Below, piece by piece: positions 47,596 to 57,664 of a stretch of DNA of 64,000 bases. The position numbers were made by a program, and so were the translations under genes. The stretch's first letter is position 1; each line of letters opens with the position of its first letter. The notes under the pieces were generated by a model that saw only the letters and a list, made by a program, of their open reading frames with translations, was not told where the DNA came from and made no database searches. The stretch lies in the IMG/VR virus record IMGVR_UViG_3300023174_000038, positions 248,001 to 312,000 of that record. One strand, given 5' to 3'.

Positions 47596-48321
47596 TTAAA
47601 TAGCTTCTGGGCGTTTTTCTAATTTGTAACGTTTTCCAAGAAATTCCCCGTGCATTAGTGCTAGATAGCTTAATAGGGTTTCGTCATCATAATCAATAAA
47701 GTGATTACTATTGGTATAACGATAGCGCCAACTCCATGAAGGAGCAGTATTATTGTATCCTTGTAACCAGTATTTTAATGACGGGCTAGGATGTAAGTCT
47801 TTGGAACGTTTCAATAAATCATCTAATTGCGTAACAAATGATTCTTGGATCATTTTAGATTTCAAATAAACCCTATACTTATGTTTAGGGTCATTAACAA
47901 ATGCTTTTATTCCTACAAAATTATTTGTTTGAGCTTCTGTATAATCATAAAAGATACCATTTTTAATACTTTCACTAGTCTTTAATAAGGCTAAATCATT
48001 GCTAAAGATTGCTATTCTATTACTCTCAATACGAACTAATCCGGTATTGTTTTCTTTAATCATATTACGAAAATCTATAAACTTCCCAAGAGCCTCTAGA
48101 TTTTCTGTAACTACCGGTCTATCTGCATCTTTTATCTTTTTCCAACCAGTTAAGATATTATATCGTTTCATCAACCCATCAAAGTTTTTTTCATACATAG
48201 CATATCTAACACCCTCTATAGAGAATCTTACACGATACTTGTATTTGCCATAGTAATCACTATCCCGATAATCGTAAAAATCAATACCCGGAGTATCAGT
48301 TGCTAATTTCAATAATCCCAT
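47596..48321 (-). CDS. Hypothetical protein
   Basis: Two internally similar KYxYRV subdomains. Confidence 0.7.
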   Translation of the reverse strand: MGLLKLATDTPGIDFYDYRDSDYYGKYKYRVRFSIEGVRYAMYEKNFDGLMKRYNILTGWKKIKDADRPVVTENLEALGKFIDFRNMIKENNTGLVRIESNRIAIFSNDLALLKTSESIKNGIFYDYTEAQTNNFVGIKAFVNDPKHKYRVYLKSKMIQESFVTQLDDLLKRSKDLHPSPSLKYWLQGYNNTAPSWSWRYRYTNSNHFIDYDDETLLSYLALMHGEFLGKRYKLEKRPEAI

Positions 48322-50572
48322 CGGATCCTACTTTCGCTATTGATTTCTGTACTACATTGAACTCAATTTTATCATCTACTAATACACAAGTTACTGTAGC
48401 ATTTTTAATACGTTCAAACAATACTTTCTTACTGAGAGGTACACGAATCAATTCATCAATCTTCCGAGCTAATGGACGAGCACCCATCTTCTTATCATAA
48501 CCCTGTTCAGCCAAATAATCAATTACTGGCTCAGTTAAATTCAAACTGACATTATACTTGTCAAGTAATGATTTCTTTAGTTCTTCTGTAAACTTAATTA
48601 CAATCTTCTTAATAGCCAATGTATCTAGTTTACCAAACTTACAAATCAAATCAACACGATTTCTAAATTCTGGTTTGAAGAACTCTTTAATTGCTTTATC
48701 ATCCTCACCTGTCTTTTCTTGGCTACCGAATCCGATATTGTTTTTCTCACTATCACTACTACCCAAGTTACTAGTCATAATGATGATAGTATTTTTACAG
48801 TTAACTTCTTTACCATTACTACCAGTGATACGACCTTCATCTAACATCTGTAAGAAGATATTAAAGATATCCGGATGAGCTTTCTCTACTTCATCAAAGA
48901 GTAAGATACTATGTGGGTTCTTGCTCAAATCATTGATTAATCGTCCACCACCTACTTGACTATCACCAAAGCCAACATAGCCAGGAGGAGGACCAATCAA
49001 ACTTGATACAGAATGTTTCTCACTATATTCTGACATATCATACTTAAGTAATGTCATGTCAAGGTTTTTACTTAGTAGTTTAGCTAATTCTGTTTTACCT
49101 GTACCAGTTGGGCCTAAGAAGATAAAGCTTGCTGTAGGTTTGTTCTCATTACCAATACCAGCAAATGACACATATACACGTTCTAATACTTGTTCAACTG
49201 TTTCATCTTGTCCATACAGTTTACCTTTAATGTTAACTTCAAGGCTACTAATACGGTCGTAGTTATCATCGTTTAGTTTATCAGCAGGTACACCAGTGAA
49301 TCGTTCAACTTGTTCGTGTATTAGTTCTTTGGTAATTAATGCACCTTTGTTCATTGCAACACGTTGTTTAGCACAAGCCGCATCTAGCAAATCAATAGAT
49401 TTGTCAGGGTTTTTACGGTCATGAATGTAACGTGCTGAACTATCAACTGCGGCAGTTATTGCTTCCTCAGTGATTTCTACTTCATGGAAATCATTCAACC
49501 GTGAGCTTAAACCTTTGAGGATACGAATTGTACTATCATGTGATGGTTCATCAATAGATACACGATAGAATCTACGCATCAATGCACGATCCTTCTCAAA
49601 ACTTTCGTAGTATTCTTCCCAAGTTGTACTAGCAATAACTTTAAGTGTACCTTTAGTGATAGCTGGTTTAATCATATTAGCAAAGTCAATACTTCCACTA
49701 GTAGATGAACCACTACCTTTCATGGTATGTGCTTCATCAATGAATAGTACTGATTTCTTTTTTGTGTTTAATGCATCCAGTACCTGTTTAACTTTTTCTT
49801 CAAAGTCACCACGATATTTACTTCCGGCAAGCAATGCACCTACTTCAAGTGAGTATAGTTCATGTCCGTGTAAGAATTCCGGTACTGTTTTATCAACTAG
49901 CATTTGTGCTAGACCTTCAGCGATAGCAGTTTTACCTACACCCGGATCACCTACCATCAATACATTTGATTTGAAACGTTTAGCAAGAACATTAATCATA
50001 TCATCAAGTTCTGTACTACGACCAATCAACGGTTCAAGTTTACCTTGTCGTGCAAGATCGGTTAAGTTAGTAGTATATTCTTCAAGGATTTCATCAGCTT
50101 GACTTTCTGATAGTTTAGCAGTGAACTCTTGACCCTTATATGTTTTTTGCCAATGTGCCACGAAATCATTTTTATTGATACCGTATTTTAATAAGAAATA
50201 ATGTGCATGACTATTGCCCTCACTAGCGATAGAGAGATATAAGTCAATAGTAGTTACTTGTCTACGACCAGTAAACAATACTTGTGTTACAGAACGATTC
50301 ATTACACGTTCCAAGCTATTTGTTTTGCGTGGTTGAACTTCTGTATCTGGATCTACTTTAGCTACAATAGCGTGTAAGCTATCAATATATGAAGTAACCT
50401 CTTGAATCATATTTGGGGTATCGCACCCAAAACTATCCAAACATTTTTTAAATGGTGTATGTGTTATAAGAGATAACAGTAAATGTTCAATTGTACAATA
50501 TTGATGTTTACGTTGTTTAGACAACTCAATAGCCTGTTCAATGATGGCTTCAATTTCGGGTGAATTATTCAC
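48296..50572 (-). CDS. clpA: ClpA-type AAA+ chaperone
   Basis: Clp N domain, GDPGVGKT, FIDEAH, GPTGTGKT, DMSEY, FDEVEKAHP, GARPL. Confidence 0.93.
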   Translation of the reverse strand: MNNSPEIEAIIEQAIELSKQRKHQYCTIEHLLLSLITHTPFKKCLDSFGCDTPNMIQEVTSYIDSLHAIVAKVDPDTEVQPRKTNSLERVMNRSVTQVLFTGRRQVTTIDLYLSIASEGNSHAHYFLLKYGINKNDFVAHWQKTYKGQEFTAKLSESQADEILEEYTTNLTDLARQGKLEPLIGRSTELDDMINVLAKRFKSNVLMVGDPGVGKTAIAEGLAQMLVDKTVPEFLHGHELYSLEVGALLAGSKYRGDFEEKVKQVLDALNTKKKSVLFIDEAHTMKGSGSSTSGSIDFANMIKPAITKGTLKVIASTTWEEYYESFEKDRALMRRFYRVSIDEPSHDSTIRILKGLSSRLNDFHEVEITEEAITAAVDSSARYIHDRKNPDKSIDLLDAACAKQRVAMNKGALITKELIHEQVERFTGVPADKLNDDNYDRISSLEVNIKGKLYGQDETVEQVLERVYVSFAGIGNENKPTASFIFLGPTGTGKTELAKLLSKNLDMTLLKYDMSEYSEKHSVSSLIGPPPGYVGFGDSQVGGGRLINDLSKNPHSILLFDEVEKAHPDIFNIFLQMLDEGRITGSNGKEVNCKNTIIIMTSNLGSSDSEKNNIGFGSQEKTGEDDKAIKEFFKPEFRNRVDLICKFGKLDTLAIKKIVIKFTEELKKSLLDKYNVSLNLTEPVIDYLAEQGYDKKMGARPLARKIDELIRVPLSKKVLFERIKNATVTCVLVDDKIEFNVVQKSIAKVGSDGIIEISN

Positions 50573-50596
50573 ATCCAGTTCCTTTTAAAATAATAT

Positions 50597-51394
50597 TTAC
50601 TGTGTTTTAGATTGCAAAATGCTATCAGTTATACGACTGTCTATATTATCAGGTATAAAGGGTTTTAGCAAGATGATTTGGTCGCCATATGCATTAGTAC
50701 CTTGTATAGGCATTCCATGTCCGGCTAATTTTAAATGCATAAATGGTTGTGTTTTTGATGGGACAGTTACCTCTAGTGATTTCCCATTAATGGTAGTAAA
50801 TTGAAATGTAGATCCTACAATCAAATCCAATACAGATATAGAATGATTAGTATGTAAGTCATTCATTCTTCTTTCATATTTTAAATGATTATGTACCCTA
50901 TATTCTACTATTAAGTCATGTGAATCAACTACCTTTTCATAACGTACTTGTCCACCATCAGGTATACCTTTTGGAATATTTACCCTTACCATATGTAATC
51001 CAGATGGTGTTTGTAGTTTTAATAGTTCTTCACCGCCATTATAAACTTGTTCTAAACTAATCCAATAGGTAGTCCTATATGTGTTTTGTTGTTGCGGGTG
51101 TTGTTGTCTAAACATTTGTCCAAACAGATCATCCATATTGAAACCATTCATATTGAAATGAAATCCACCACCCGGGAATCCTTGAAACGGATTACCTTGT
51201 GGCATTGGGTTATCATATTGTTGACGTTGTTGTGGGTCTGAAAGAATGCGATATGCTTCTTCAATCTTTTGAAATGTAGAAGTATCGCCGCCCTTATCAG
51301 GATGATGTTTACCTGCTAATTTTCTATATGCTTTTTTTATGTCGTCGGCATTAGCATTTTTACCAACGCCTAATGTTGAGTAATGGTCTGTCAT
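50597..51394 (-). CDS. DnaJ/CbpA-like co-chaperone (no Zn finger)
   Basis: J-domain HPD, G/F region, C-terminal substrate domain. Confidence 0.9.
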   Translation of the reverse strand: MTDHYSTLGVGKNANADDIKKAYRKLAGKHHPDKGGDTSTFQKIEEAYRILSDPQQRQQYDNPMPQGNPFQGFPGGGFHFNMNGFNMDDLFGQMFRQQHPQQQNTYRTTYWISLEQVYNGGEELLKLQTPSGLHMVRVNIPKGIPDGGQVRYEKVVDSHDLIVEYRVHNHLKYERRMNDLHTNHSISVLDLIVGSTFQFTTINGKSLEVTVPSKTQPFMHLKLAGHGMPIQGTNAYGDQIILLKPFIPDNIDSRITDSILQSKTQ

Positions 51395-51436
51395 AATATC
51401 AAGTATAACACAGTTAGTGTGTTAAGTCAATATTTA

Positions 51437-52132
51437 TTATGATTTGCCTTCAATTTTTTCTTTTGTTCGGCAGTTTTCAAAGTGCCATCTACCCATAGTA
51501 TTTTTTCCACCAACTTTGTGGCAGTGAGGGCATTCAACTTGTTCTTTTGGTACTCCTTTAAATCGTAATGATGTTTGTTGTCGCAACTCATCCGTATGTT
51601 TTTTACCATAAAAAGGGTTAGTATTGCCTGGTCTACTTAGTTGTTTTCTGACCTCCGGCCTTTTAGCTGGATTGGACTCACCGTATTGCCAGTAGTTTTT
51701 TCTGCCTTTTAATTTAGTAGATACTTTTAACGCAATCTCCGGATCTCTCATAGGATTATTATTTCCTAATTTTTTAGGAGTATTTTTAGAAATTAACATA
51801 CGAACCTCAGGTCGTTTTGCAGGGTTATCCAATCCATATAATGGAGCAATAGAAATATTATCTGTTCTATTAATCCATTTTTCAGAATGTACTACTTTAA
51901 TTCTCTGTAGTACTCGCTGTTCCCATCGTCTAGCAGAAATAGAATTATTAAATATTTTTCGTACTTCAATAATTGAAGGCTCTCCGTACAATTGTACAAT
52001 GGTGCTAACATGCCTGCTTGAAGTTTTGTAACTAACCCACAAATCACCCGGGTGACATTTTTTAGCATAGCGGACTCCGTAATACCATCTATTAATTTTT
52101 GGCCAACCTAATAGATATGTATAAGGTATCAT
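51437..52132 (-). CDS. GIY-YIG/NUMOD3 homing endonuclease
   Basis: Start MIPYTYLL..WYYGVR; NPAKRPEVR repeats; NPFYGKKHT; CPHC. Confidence 0.82.
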   Translation of the reverse strand: MIPYTYLLGWPKINRWYYGVRYAKKCHPGDLWVSYKTSSRHVSTIVQLYGEPSIIEVRKIFNNSISARRWEQRVLQRIKVVHSEKWINRTDNISIAPLYGLDNPAKRPEVRMLISKNTPKKLGNNNPMRDPEIALKVSTKLKGRKNYWQYGESNPAKRPEVRKQLSRPGNTNPFYGKKHTDELRQQTSLRFKGVPKEQVECPHCHKVGGKNTMGRWHFENCRTKEKIEGKS

Positions 52133-52755
52133 TGTTTTCCTTCTAATTTTTCTTTTGTTCTTCCATAAGCTGCAACTCCTAATACAGCACCCATAGCAAT
52201 ATGATAAAGTCCGGCACCTTGTAATGTTAACGGTTGCCATTGATTAGTGACTTGACCCTTACTCATTGCTTGTAATAAACTCCATAATACGGGGAATATA
52301 ACAAAATCACATGTACATGTTATCATATAAACGAATGCCATTAATGGTCGCCATTTTTTATTAATAAAATCTGTGTTATCATTAGCTACTAATACATCTG
52401 CCCCGCTTGCGGCATTTGTTGGGGCTGCTCCTGTGAGGACGGGTTGATTACTGTTTGATTGGTTAATGTTTTGTGTGCTACCAAATCCAGACGTTGGCGC
52501 TCCAAATCCTGAACCACCACCAAAGCCCGTTGATGTTGACGTACCAAAACCACCGGGTGAGCCGAAGCCTCCTGCTGACGGTGAGCCAAATGTTGAAGAC
52601 CCGCCAAATGATATGTTGACTGCATTACTATCTCCAAATGAACTGCCTTGCGGAAATTGCTGTATTGTAGGATCAGCCGCTAACATTTCGTGATGGTCAT
52701 CATCTAATGTCATTGGTTGCTCAAATCCTGTTTTCTTAGGTAATATCGTTGCCAT
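52129..52755 (-). CDS. Holin-like membrane protein with FG-rich N-terminal region
   Basis: KWRP..TM..TM..LG.AAYGRTKEK resembles the 3TM-holin family; N-terminal FG repeats. Confidence 0.65.
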   Translation of the reverse strand: MATILPKKTGFEQPMTLDDDHHEMLAADPTIQQFPQGSSFGDSNAVNISFGGSSTFGSPSAGGFGSPGGFGTSTSTGFGGGSGFGAPTSGFGSTQNINQSNSNQPVLTGAAPTNAASGADVLVANDNTDFINKKWRPLMAFVYMITCTCDFVIFPVLWSLLQAMSKGQVTNQWQPLTLQGAGLYHIAMGAVLGVAAYGRTKEKLEGKQ

Positions 52756-53312
52756 TATAAACCTGCCATTGCTTTAAATGCTTTAATATCAGCATCTTGT
52801 TTGTCAGCATGAATTACTTTGACTTCTAGTCCAGCACGTTCACGCATTTCATTAATTTCTTCTTCTTCAACTTCTTCTACCTCACGATAATCATGTGGGC
52901 TAATAGTTATTACTTGTTTCAATATATCTTCTTCAGGAGCATGTTCTTCTTCATCAACAACTATTGTCCAATCTTTAACTGGTATTGCTGTTAATGTTTC
53001 TAAATCATCTAGTAATTCTATGATACGTTTAGGTACGCTACTCCTACGATTCATTTCAACGAACACTAAGTATTGTCCGGGCTTTACTTCACCTTCACTT
53101 ACTTGAGCATCTAATACAAAGTCATAACCACGTTCAAACCAATCAACTAAATCATTACCGGCTGCTTCACTTTTAATAGTAAAAGCTAGTGTTACAATTT
53201 CACTATCACTTCCCATATGTGCGGCATATTCATCTACAGTAACTGTAGGGATCATTTGACCTTCTAGGTCATGATAGTCTAAACCTTCATTTAATATAGT
53301 TTTATTAGTCAT
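52755..53312 (-). CDS. Conserved hypothetical protein
   Basis: MTNKTILNEG start; VDEY, WFERGYDFVLDA, VFVEM; ends MAGL. Confidence 0.75.
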   Translation of the reverse strand: MTNKTILNEGLDYHDLEGQMIPTVTVDEYAAHMGSDSEIVTLAFTIKSEAAGNDLVDWFERGYDFVLDAQVSEGEVKPGQYLVFVEMNRRSSVPKRIIELLDDLETLTAIPVKDWTIVVDEEEHAPEEDILKQVITISPHDYREVEEVEEEEINEMRERAGLEVKVIHADKQDADIKAFKAMAGL

Positions 53313-53313
53313 A

Positions 53314-53922
53314 TTACATTGCCGGTAATGGAGGAGGCATTCCCATGCCAGGTGCTGCTGTACCAGTTTGATCCATCATATCGTCTTGTTGATCGTCCTC
53401 TTCACCGGTATCTTCTTTATCTAAATCGTCATCATAAGCATCATCTAACTCATTCAAGTCAATATTCTGACCTGCTAAATCAACTGATCCTTCACGTATA
53501 TCATCCATCAATTCTTTAGGCATTTCAATGTAAACTAGCCATACTTCACGCATAGCAGTCTTTGGATATCTTGTACCGGGAATATAATCATCTGGATTTT
53601 CAACCGCTACAGGTACTTTAATCTTAGTTTTTTTGAACTTGATTTTGCAACCAACGCCGGCCAAACGTTTAGCACCACGTGGATCAGGCATTAATTTATA
53701 TGGGTACATGAATATACATGCTACTGTATAGCGTCTAACGTCAGGACCTTGAACTAATTCGCCCAATTCCCAATTTTTAAATGCATATAAGTCGGCTTCA
53801 TCTAGGACTCGCTCGTAGTCTAGTAGAACAGCCATTGATCCGTCGCTGGTAAATATACCTTTTACGGTGTCAATTATGCTTACATAATCAACGTTGTCAA
53901 AAAATTCGTCTGCGGTTTTCAT
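53314..53922 (-). CDS. Conserved hypothetical protein with acidic tail
   Basis: Start MKTADEF after TAAATA; ERVLDE.DLYAFKNW..GELV.GP, MPDPRGA.RL. Confidence 0.78.
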   Translation of the reverse strand: MKTADEFFDNVDYVSIIDTVKGIFTSDGSMAVLLDYERVLDEADLYAFKNWELGELVQGPDVRRYTVACIFMYPYKLMPDPRGAKRLAGVGCKIKFKKTKIKVPVAVENPDDYIPGTRYPKTAMREVWLVYIEMPKELMDDIREGSVDLAGQNIDLNELDDAYDDDLDKEDTGEEDDQQDDMMDQTGTAAPGMGMPPPLPAM

Positions 53923-54050
53923 ATATATATTTATCTTTTGTAGTTTGAATACATCAAATAACGATATTTGATACCGTAGCCTAATATTTATCATTAATAG
54001 CTACACAATAAGTATGCTACTATGTCTCTATGTATTGACCTTAAATAAAC

Positions 54051-54875
54051 TTGAGTGTTATGAGAACTCACGCTCTACAAAGGAGAATTAACTTGAGCAA
54101 AAGAAAAACTAGCGCATTACGTACACAAGACACACGGTTTTCACACAATAAAAAACAAGATAATCAAACTTTTTATACACATGAATCAAAAACGATAGAT
54201 TTCTCACAAGCACAGAGGGAAATGCGGGTCAATAAAAAGCCCGTTCAACTTATCCCCAAGTCAGTTAACCAAGAAAATTACATCCTCGCACTACTGGACG
54301 AAGAGACAGATATTGTCGTAGTCACAGGTCCTGCGGGTACTGGTAAAACTTACTTAGCTATGCTTGCTGCCATAAAAGCTATGCGTAATGGTGAATGTGA
54401 TAGAATTATATTATCTAGGCCAGCAGTAGGTGTTGATGATGAAAAACACGGTTTCTTACCGGGAGATATCAATCAAAAGATGGAACCATGGACTAGGCCG
54501 TTATTAGACGTTCTGCGTGAATACTACACCACAAAGGAAATAGCCCACATGCTAGAAGAACAGATAGTGGAAATTGCACCTCTAGCATTCTGTCGAGGAA
54601 GAAATTTCAAACATAGTTGGGTAGTATTAGACGAGGCACAAAACGCAACCCCGGGTCAACTCAAAATGATTATGACCAGAATCGGCGTCGGTAGTAAGAT
54701 TGTAATTACTGGCGATATTGAACAAGCCGATCGTAAAACAGCCGACAACGGGCTATTAGATTTACAAAATAGGTTGAGGAAGGGGGTGATTCCGGGATTG
54801 CAATTATGTAAGTTTGAACTGAAAGATGTTCAACGACATAAAATAATTGAACATGTGCTTAACTTATATAGTTAA
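54051..54875 (+). CDS. phoH: PhoH-family ATPase (start probably TTG near 54093)
   Basis: GPAGTGKT, GFLPG, RGRNF, DEAQN, TGD..Q.D. Confidence 0.93.
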   Translation: MSVMRTHALQRRINLSKRKTSALRTQDTRFSHNKKQDNQTFYTHESKTIDFSQAQREMRVNKKPVQLIPKSVNQENYILALLDEETDIVVVTGPAGTGKTYLAMLAAIKAMRNGECDRIILSRPAVGVDDEKHGFLPGDINQKMEPWTRPLLDVLREYYTTKEIAHMLEEQIVEIAPLAFCRGRNFKHSWVVLDEAQNATPGQLKMIMTRIGVGSKIVITGDIEQADRKTADNGLLDLQNRLRKGVIPGLQLCKFELKDVQRHKIIEHVLNLYS

Positions 54876-54877
54876 CA

Positions 54878-54906
54878 AAATGGGGCTTAGGCCCCATTTG
54901 TTTTTT
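54878..54906. terminator. Bidirectional terminator between convergent genes
   Basis: AATGGGGC-TTAG-GCCCCATT hairpin. Confidence 0.65.
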
Positions 54907-55159
54907 CAGTAATAGTTGCTTCTTTTTCAAGTTGTGCAATAAGATTAGGATAAATTCGTACATAATAATCATGCATCCTATCCCACTCACGTTCTAATGA
55001 CTTACCTTCAATTACACATTTATCTACTTTTTTCTTAGCATAATCTAATATAACATTGCAGGTCTGTAAGTCGCTTGGCTTAACTTTTTTAGCAACAGTA
55101 ACTTGTTCATCAATTTGCCCGCCGGGCTTCCTCAGGAATTGGATTAGTAAATAACGCAT
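54887..55159 (-). CDS. Hypothetical protein
   Basis: GQIDE, NVILD, YY...YP motifs. Confidence 0.72.
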   Translation of the reverse strand: MRYLLIQFLRKPGGQIDEQVTVAKKVKPSDLQTCNVILDYAKKKVDKCVIEGKSLEREWDRMHDYYVRIYPNLIAQLEKEATITEKTNGA

Positions 55160-55250
55160 TTTAATCTTTCTGTATAAATAGTAGTGTAGCCCACGAGAAT
55201 CTGACCTCTCCGACTACTCTAATGCTCATATCTTGAAAGGAAGCACCAGC

Positions 55251-56084
55251 ATGACTATTTATTATTTAATGATTAAGACGCATAATATTACGGGTCTTAA
55301 ATATTTGTGTCAAACTAAACAAAAGAATCCTATTAATTACACAGGTTCCGGAGTTGATTGGAAAATACACTTAAAAGAGCACGGCATAGATATTAGGACT
55401 AGTATCATTAAAGCATCAACTGATAAACATATCATCAATGAGTTAGGAAGACATCTCAGTAATCTATGGAAAATAACTACTGCCATGAATGATTACGGGG
55501 ACAGAATATGGGCTAATAAAATACCTGAAACGGGCGGTGGTGCAGGAGTTACTAGTGATATAGCAAAACAAAGATACGTAGATCATCCTGAGTTGATTGA
55601 ACAATTCAAGAAAACAATGACATTGCCGCAAAGTGTTCAGAGAAGAAAAAAATCTAGGGCTGTTACAGTTTCACAACCTGAATTTAGAGAAAAATTCAAA
55701 TCAACAATGAAACTTGCCATGAATAGACCAGAAGTCAGATTGAATAATAGCATCAATCAGACGAAAGCTCAAAATAGACCCGACGTAAAACTGAATAAAA
55801 GTATTAAACAAAAGGAAGCTCAAAATAGACCCGAAGTTAAGATGCTCAAGAGTAAAAATGGCAAAATAGCACAGAATAGACCAGAGGTTAAAGATTCCAA
55901 ATCAGGTAAAAATAATTATAGATACGATCCAACAATTCGCACATTTATTCATTCTGACGGAACGATAGAAAAAATGCCAGCTAACGATTTCAGTCTAAAG
56001 TACAACTTAGATCGCGGGTGGCTATCCAATGTAATTCTTGGAAATAGAAAAACAATAAAAGGTTGGTCTGTTAAAGTGCAGTAA
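55251..56084 (+). CDS. GIY-YIG (Seg-like) homing endonuclease with NRPEVK repeats
   Basis: IYYLMIKTHNITGLKYLCQT, YTGSG, WANKIPETG.G; five 14-aa A.NRP.V repeats; C-terminal HTH-like. Confidence 0.78.
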   Translation: MTIYYLMIKTHNITGLKYLCQTKQKNPINYTGSGVDWKIHLKEHGIDIRTSIIKASTDKHIINELGRHLSNLWKITTAMNDYGDRIWANKIPETGGGAGVTSDIAKQRYVDHPELIEQFKKTMTLPQSVQRRKKSRAVTVSQPEFREKFKSTMKLAMNRPEVRLNNSINQTKAQNRPDVKLNKSIKQKEAQNRPEVKMLKSKNGKIAQNRPEVKDSKSGKNNYRYDPTIRTFIHSDGTIEKMPANDFSLKYNLDRGWLSNVILGNRKTIKGWSVKVQ

Positions 56085-56997
56085 GTTCACAAAGAGTTGC
56101 CGCCAAACTTATTTCAGGGATACCTACCATACTTAAATTAGCTAAACCATTTCTAATAACAATAATACTAGCATCACGCTTTTCATTAGACTTACCCCAT
56201 AAATCTAAATTCTGATACATCCATGCATATGTATCTTCAATACGTGTAGGATACAATGCAATATATTGTAATAACTGTTGTCTGCCTTCAAGGATTTTAC
56301 CCGCTTTAAACAAAGTAGTTGCTTCTACTAATAACTCATCTTCACCGCTACTTTGAGTTTGTGCTGATAACAATGTTCCTGTACTACTGTTAACTTGTAA
56401 TTGATTTAAACATTTACGCAAGTCTGGATACGTAGCACGTACATAATTATCCAAATCATCTAAATCAAATACAATGTTTTCACTCACTAACACAGTTGCC
56501 GCTCTCGCAGTGAACTCTGTTTTATCTGTTTTTGTAATGTGAAACTCATGGCATCGTGACTTTAATGCAGGGATAATCCTATGTTGATAGTTACATGTTA
56601 GAATAAATCGTGCGGTCATATGATATGCTTCCATATCGTTACGCAATGCCGCTTGCCCAGCTGGTGTCAAATAATCTGCTTCATCTAGTAATACTACTTT
56701 GAAGTTACCGAAAGGCATTGTTTGTACAAAGTTAACAATCTTGTTACGTACAACATCTACACTATTCTCACGTGATGCATTGATTTCTAATACATCATAT
56801 TCACTTACATCAAGTTCATGGATCAATACTTTAGCAAGAGTTGTTTTACCTGTACCCGGATCACCTGATAGTAATAGATGAGGGATAGAGCCATCTTTAA
56901 CCCAACCATGTACTTGATTCTTTTGTCGTTCATCTACAAACACGTAGTCTGCTACTGTTGATGGCCTGTATGATTCTACCCAAAGTTTCTTATTCAT
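56071..56997 (-). CDS. Clamp loader AAA+ subunit (RFC small/gp44-like)
   Basis: LWVESYRP, GDPGTGKTT, INAS, LDEADYL, SRC, DLR. Confidence 0.93.
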   Translation of the reverse strand: MNKKLWVESYRPSTVADYVFVDERQKNQVHGWVKDGSIPHLLLSGDPGTGKTTLAKVLIHELDVSEYDVLEINASRENSVDVVRNKIVNFVQTMPFGNFKVVLLDEADYLTPAGQAALRNDMEAYHMTARFILTCNYQHRIIPALKSRCHEFHITKTDKTEFTARAATVLVSENIVFDLDDLDNYVRATYPDLRKCLNQLQVNSSTGTLLSAQTQSSGEDELLVEATTLFKAGKILEGRQQLLQYIALYPTRIEDTYAWMYQNLDLWGKSNEKRDASIIVIRNGLANLSMVGIPEISLAATLCELTAL

Positions 56998-57287
56998 TTT
57001 CTTAACATTTCTAGTGTAATTATGTGAGCTATGCCCTGACCCATATCTTGGTCAGATGGGATGATATGTAAATTGTGATTGTGTCTATCTGTCTTGTCGT
57101 CATATGCTGAGTATTCTAGGACATATCCACCACTAGCCATATGAATAGTAAAACTCATACCTCTACTATCAAGGCTTGATCCTCTAACAAGAACGCCTCT
57201 TCTGGTATGTTGTTTTGATTCTACTAGACAATCATTATCTTGTGGATACAGAAAATCACGTAGTTTTTGTCTAAACCAATTTATCAT
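56994..57287 (-). CDS. Hypothetical protein
   Basis: Operon-packed ORF. Confidence 0.7.
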   Translation of the reverse strand: MINWFRQKLRDFLYPQDNDCLVESKQHTRRGVLVRGSSLDSRGMSFTIHMASGGYVLEYSAYDDKTDRHNHNLHIIPSDQDMGQGIAHIITLEMLRK

Positions 57288-57664
57288 TAAAATACCTTAT
57301 CACCCATTGTTTCATCCTCCATCGGTTCATCCGATACTAATAGTATATCACCGGGATCAACTTTACGCAATGTTTGTTTACCCAAAGGTGTCTCAACTGT
57401 AATACCCCTTGTCCAACGCCCGTGACTGATAAGAATCCATTTACCAATTTCTAATTGCGGATCATCCTGTTCTGGACCCAAACCATAAATCTTTGCCCAA
57501 CGTGGACGAATGCCTGAACTTTTTTTATCATCATCTGGTATAATGATACCACCTTTACTGATACGTTCATCAAAATGCATCTCGGATACAATGATATGAT
57601 CCTTAAAGAATCTCATTGTATCTACTTTAGTAGGGCTAAATGCTGGTTTACTATATTGGTTCAT
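57287..57664 (-). CDS. GroES-like co-chaperonin
   Basis: SKGGIIIPDD mobile loop, GPEQ, IGKWIL, DILLV. Confidence 0.82.
   Translation of the reverse strand: MNQYSKPAFSPTKVDTMRFFKDHIIVSEMHFDERISKGGIIIPDDDKKSSGIRPRWAKIYGLGPEQDDPQLEIGKWILISHGRWTRGITVETPLGKQTLRKVDPGDILLVSDEPMEDETMGDKVF

Noticed and set aside
52129-52755. FG repeats as evidence of a nucleus-forming phage
   Set aside because: Gene content (gp43/gp44/gp45-like genes, TATAAATA late promoters) is T4-like, and no chimallin, tubulin or multisubunit RNAP is seen in the window.
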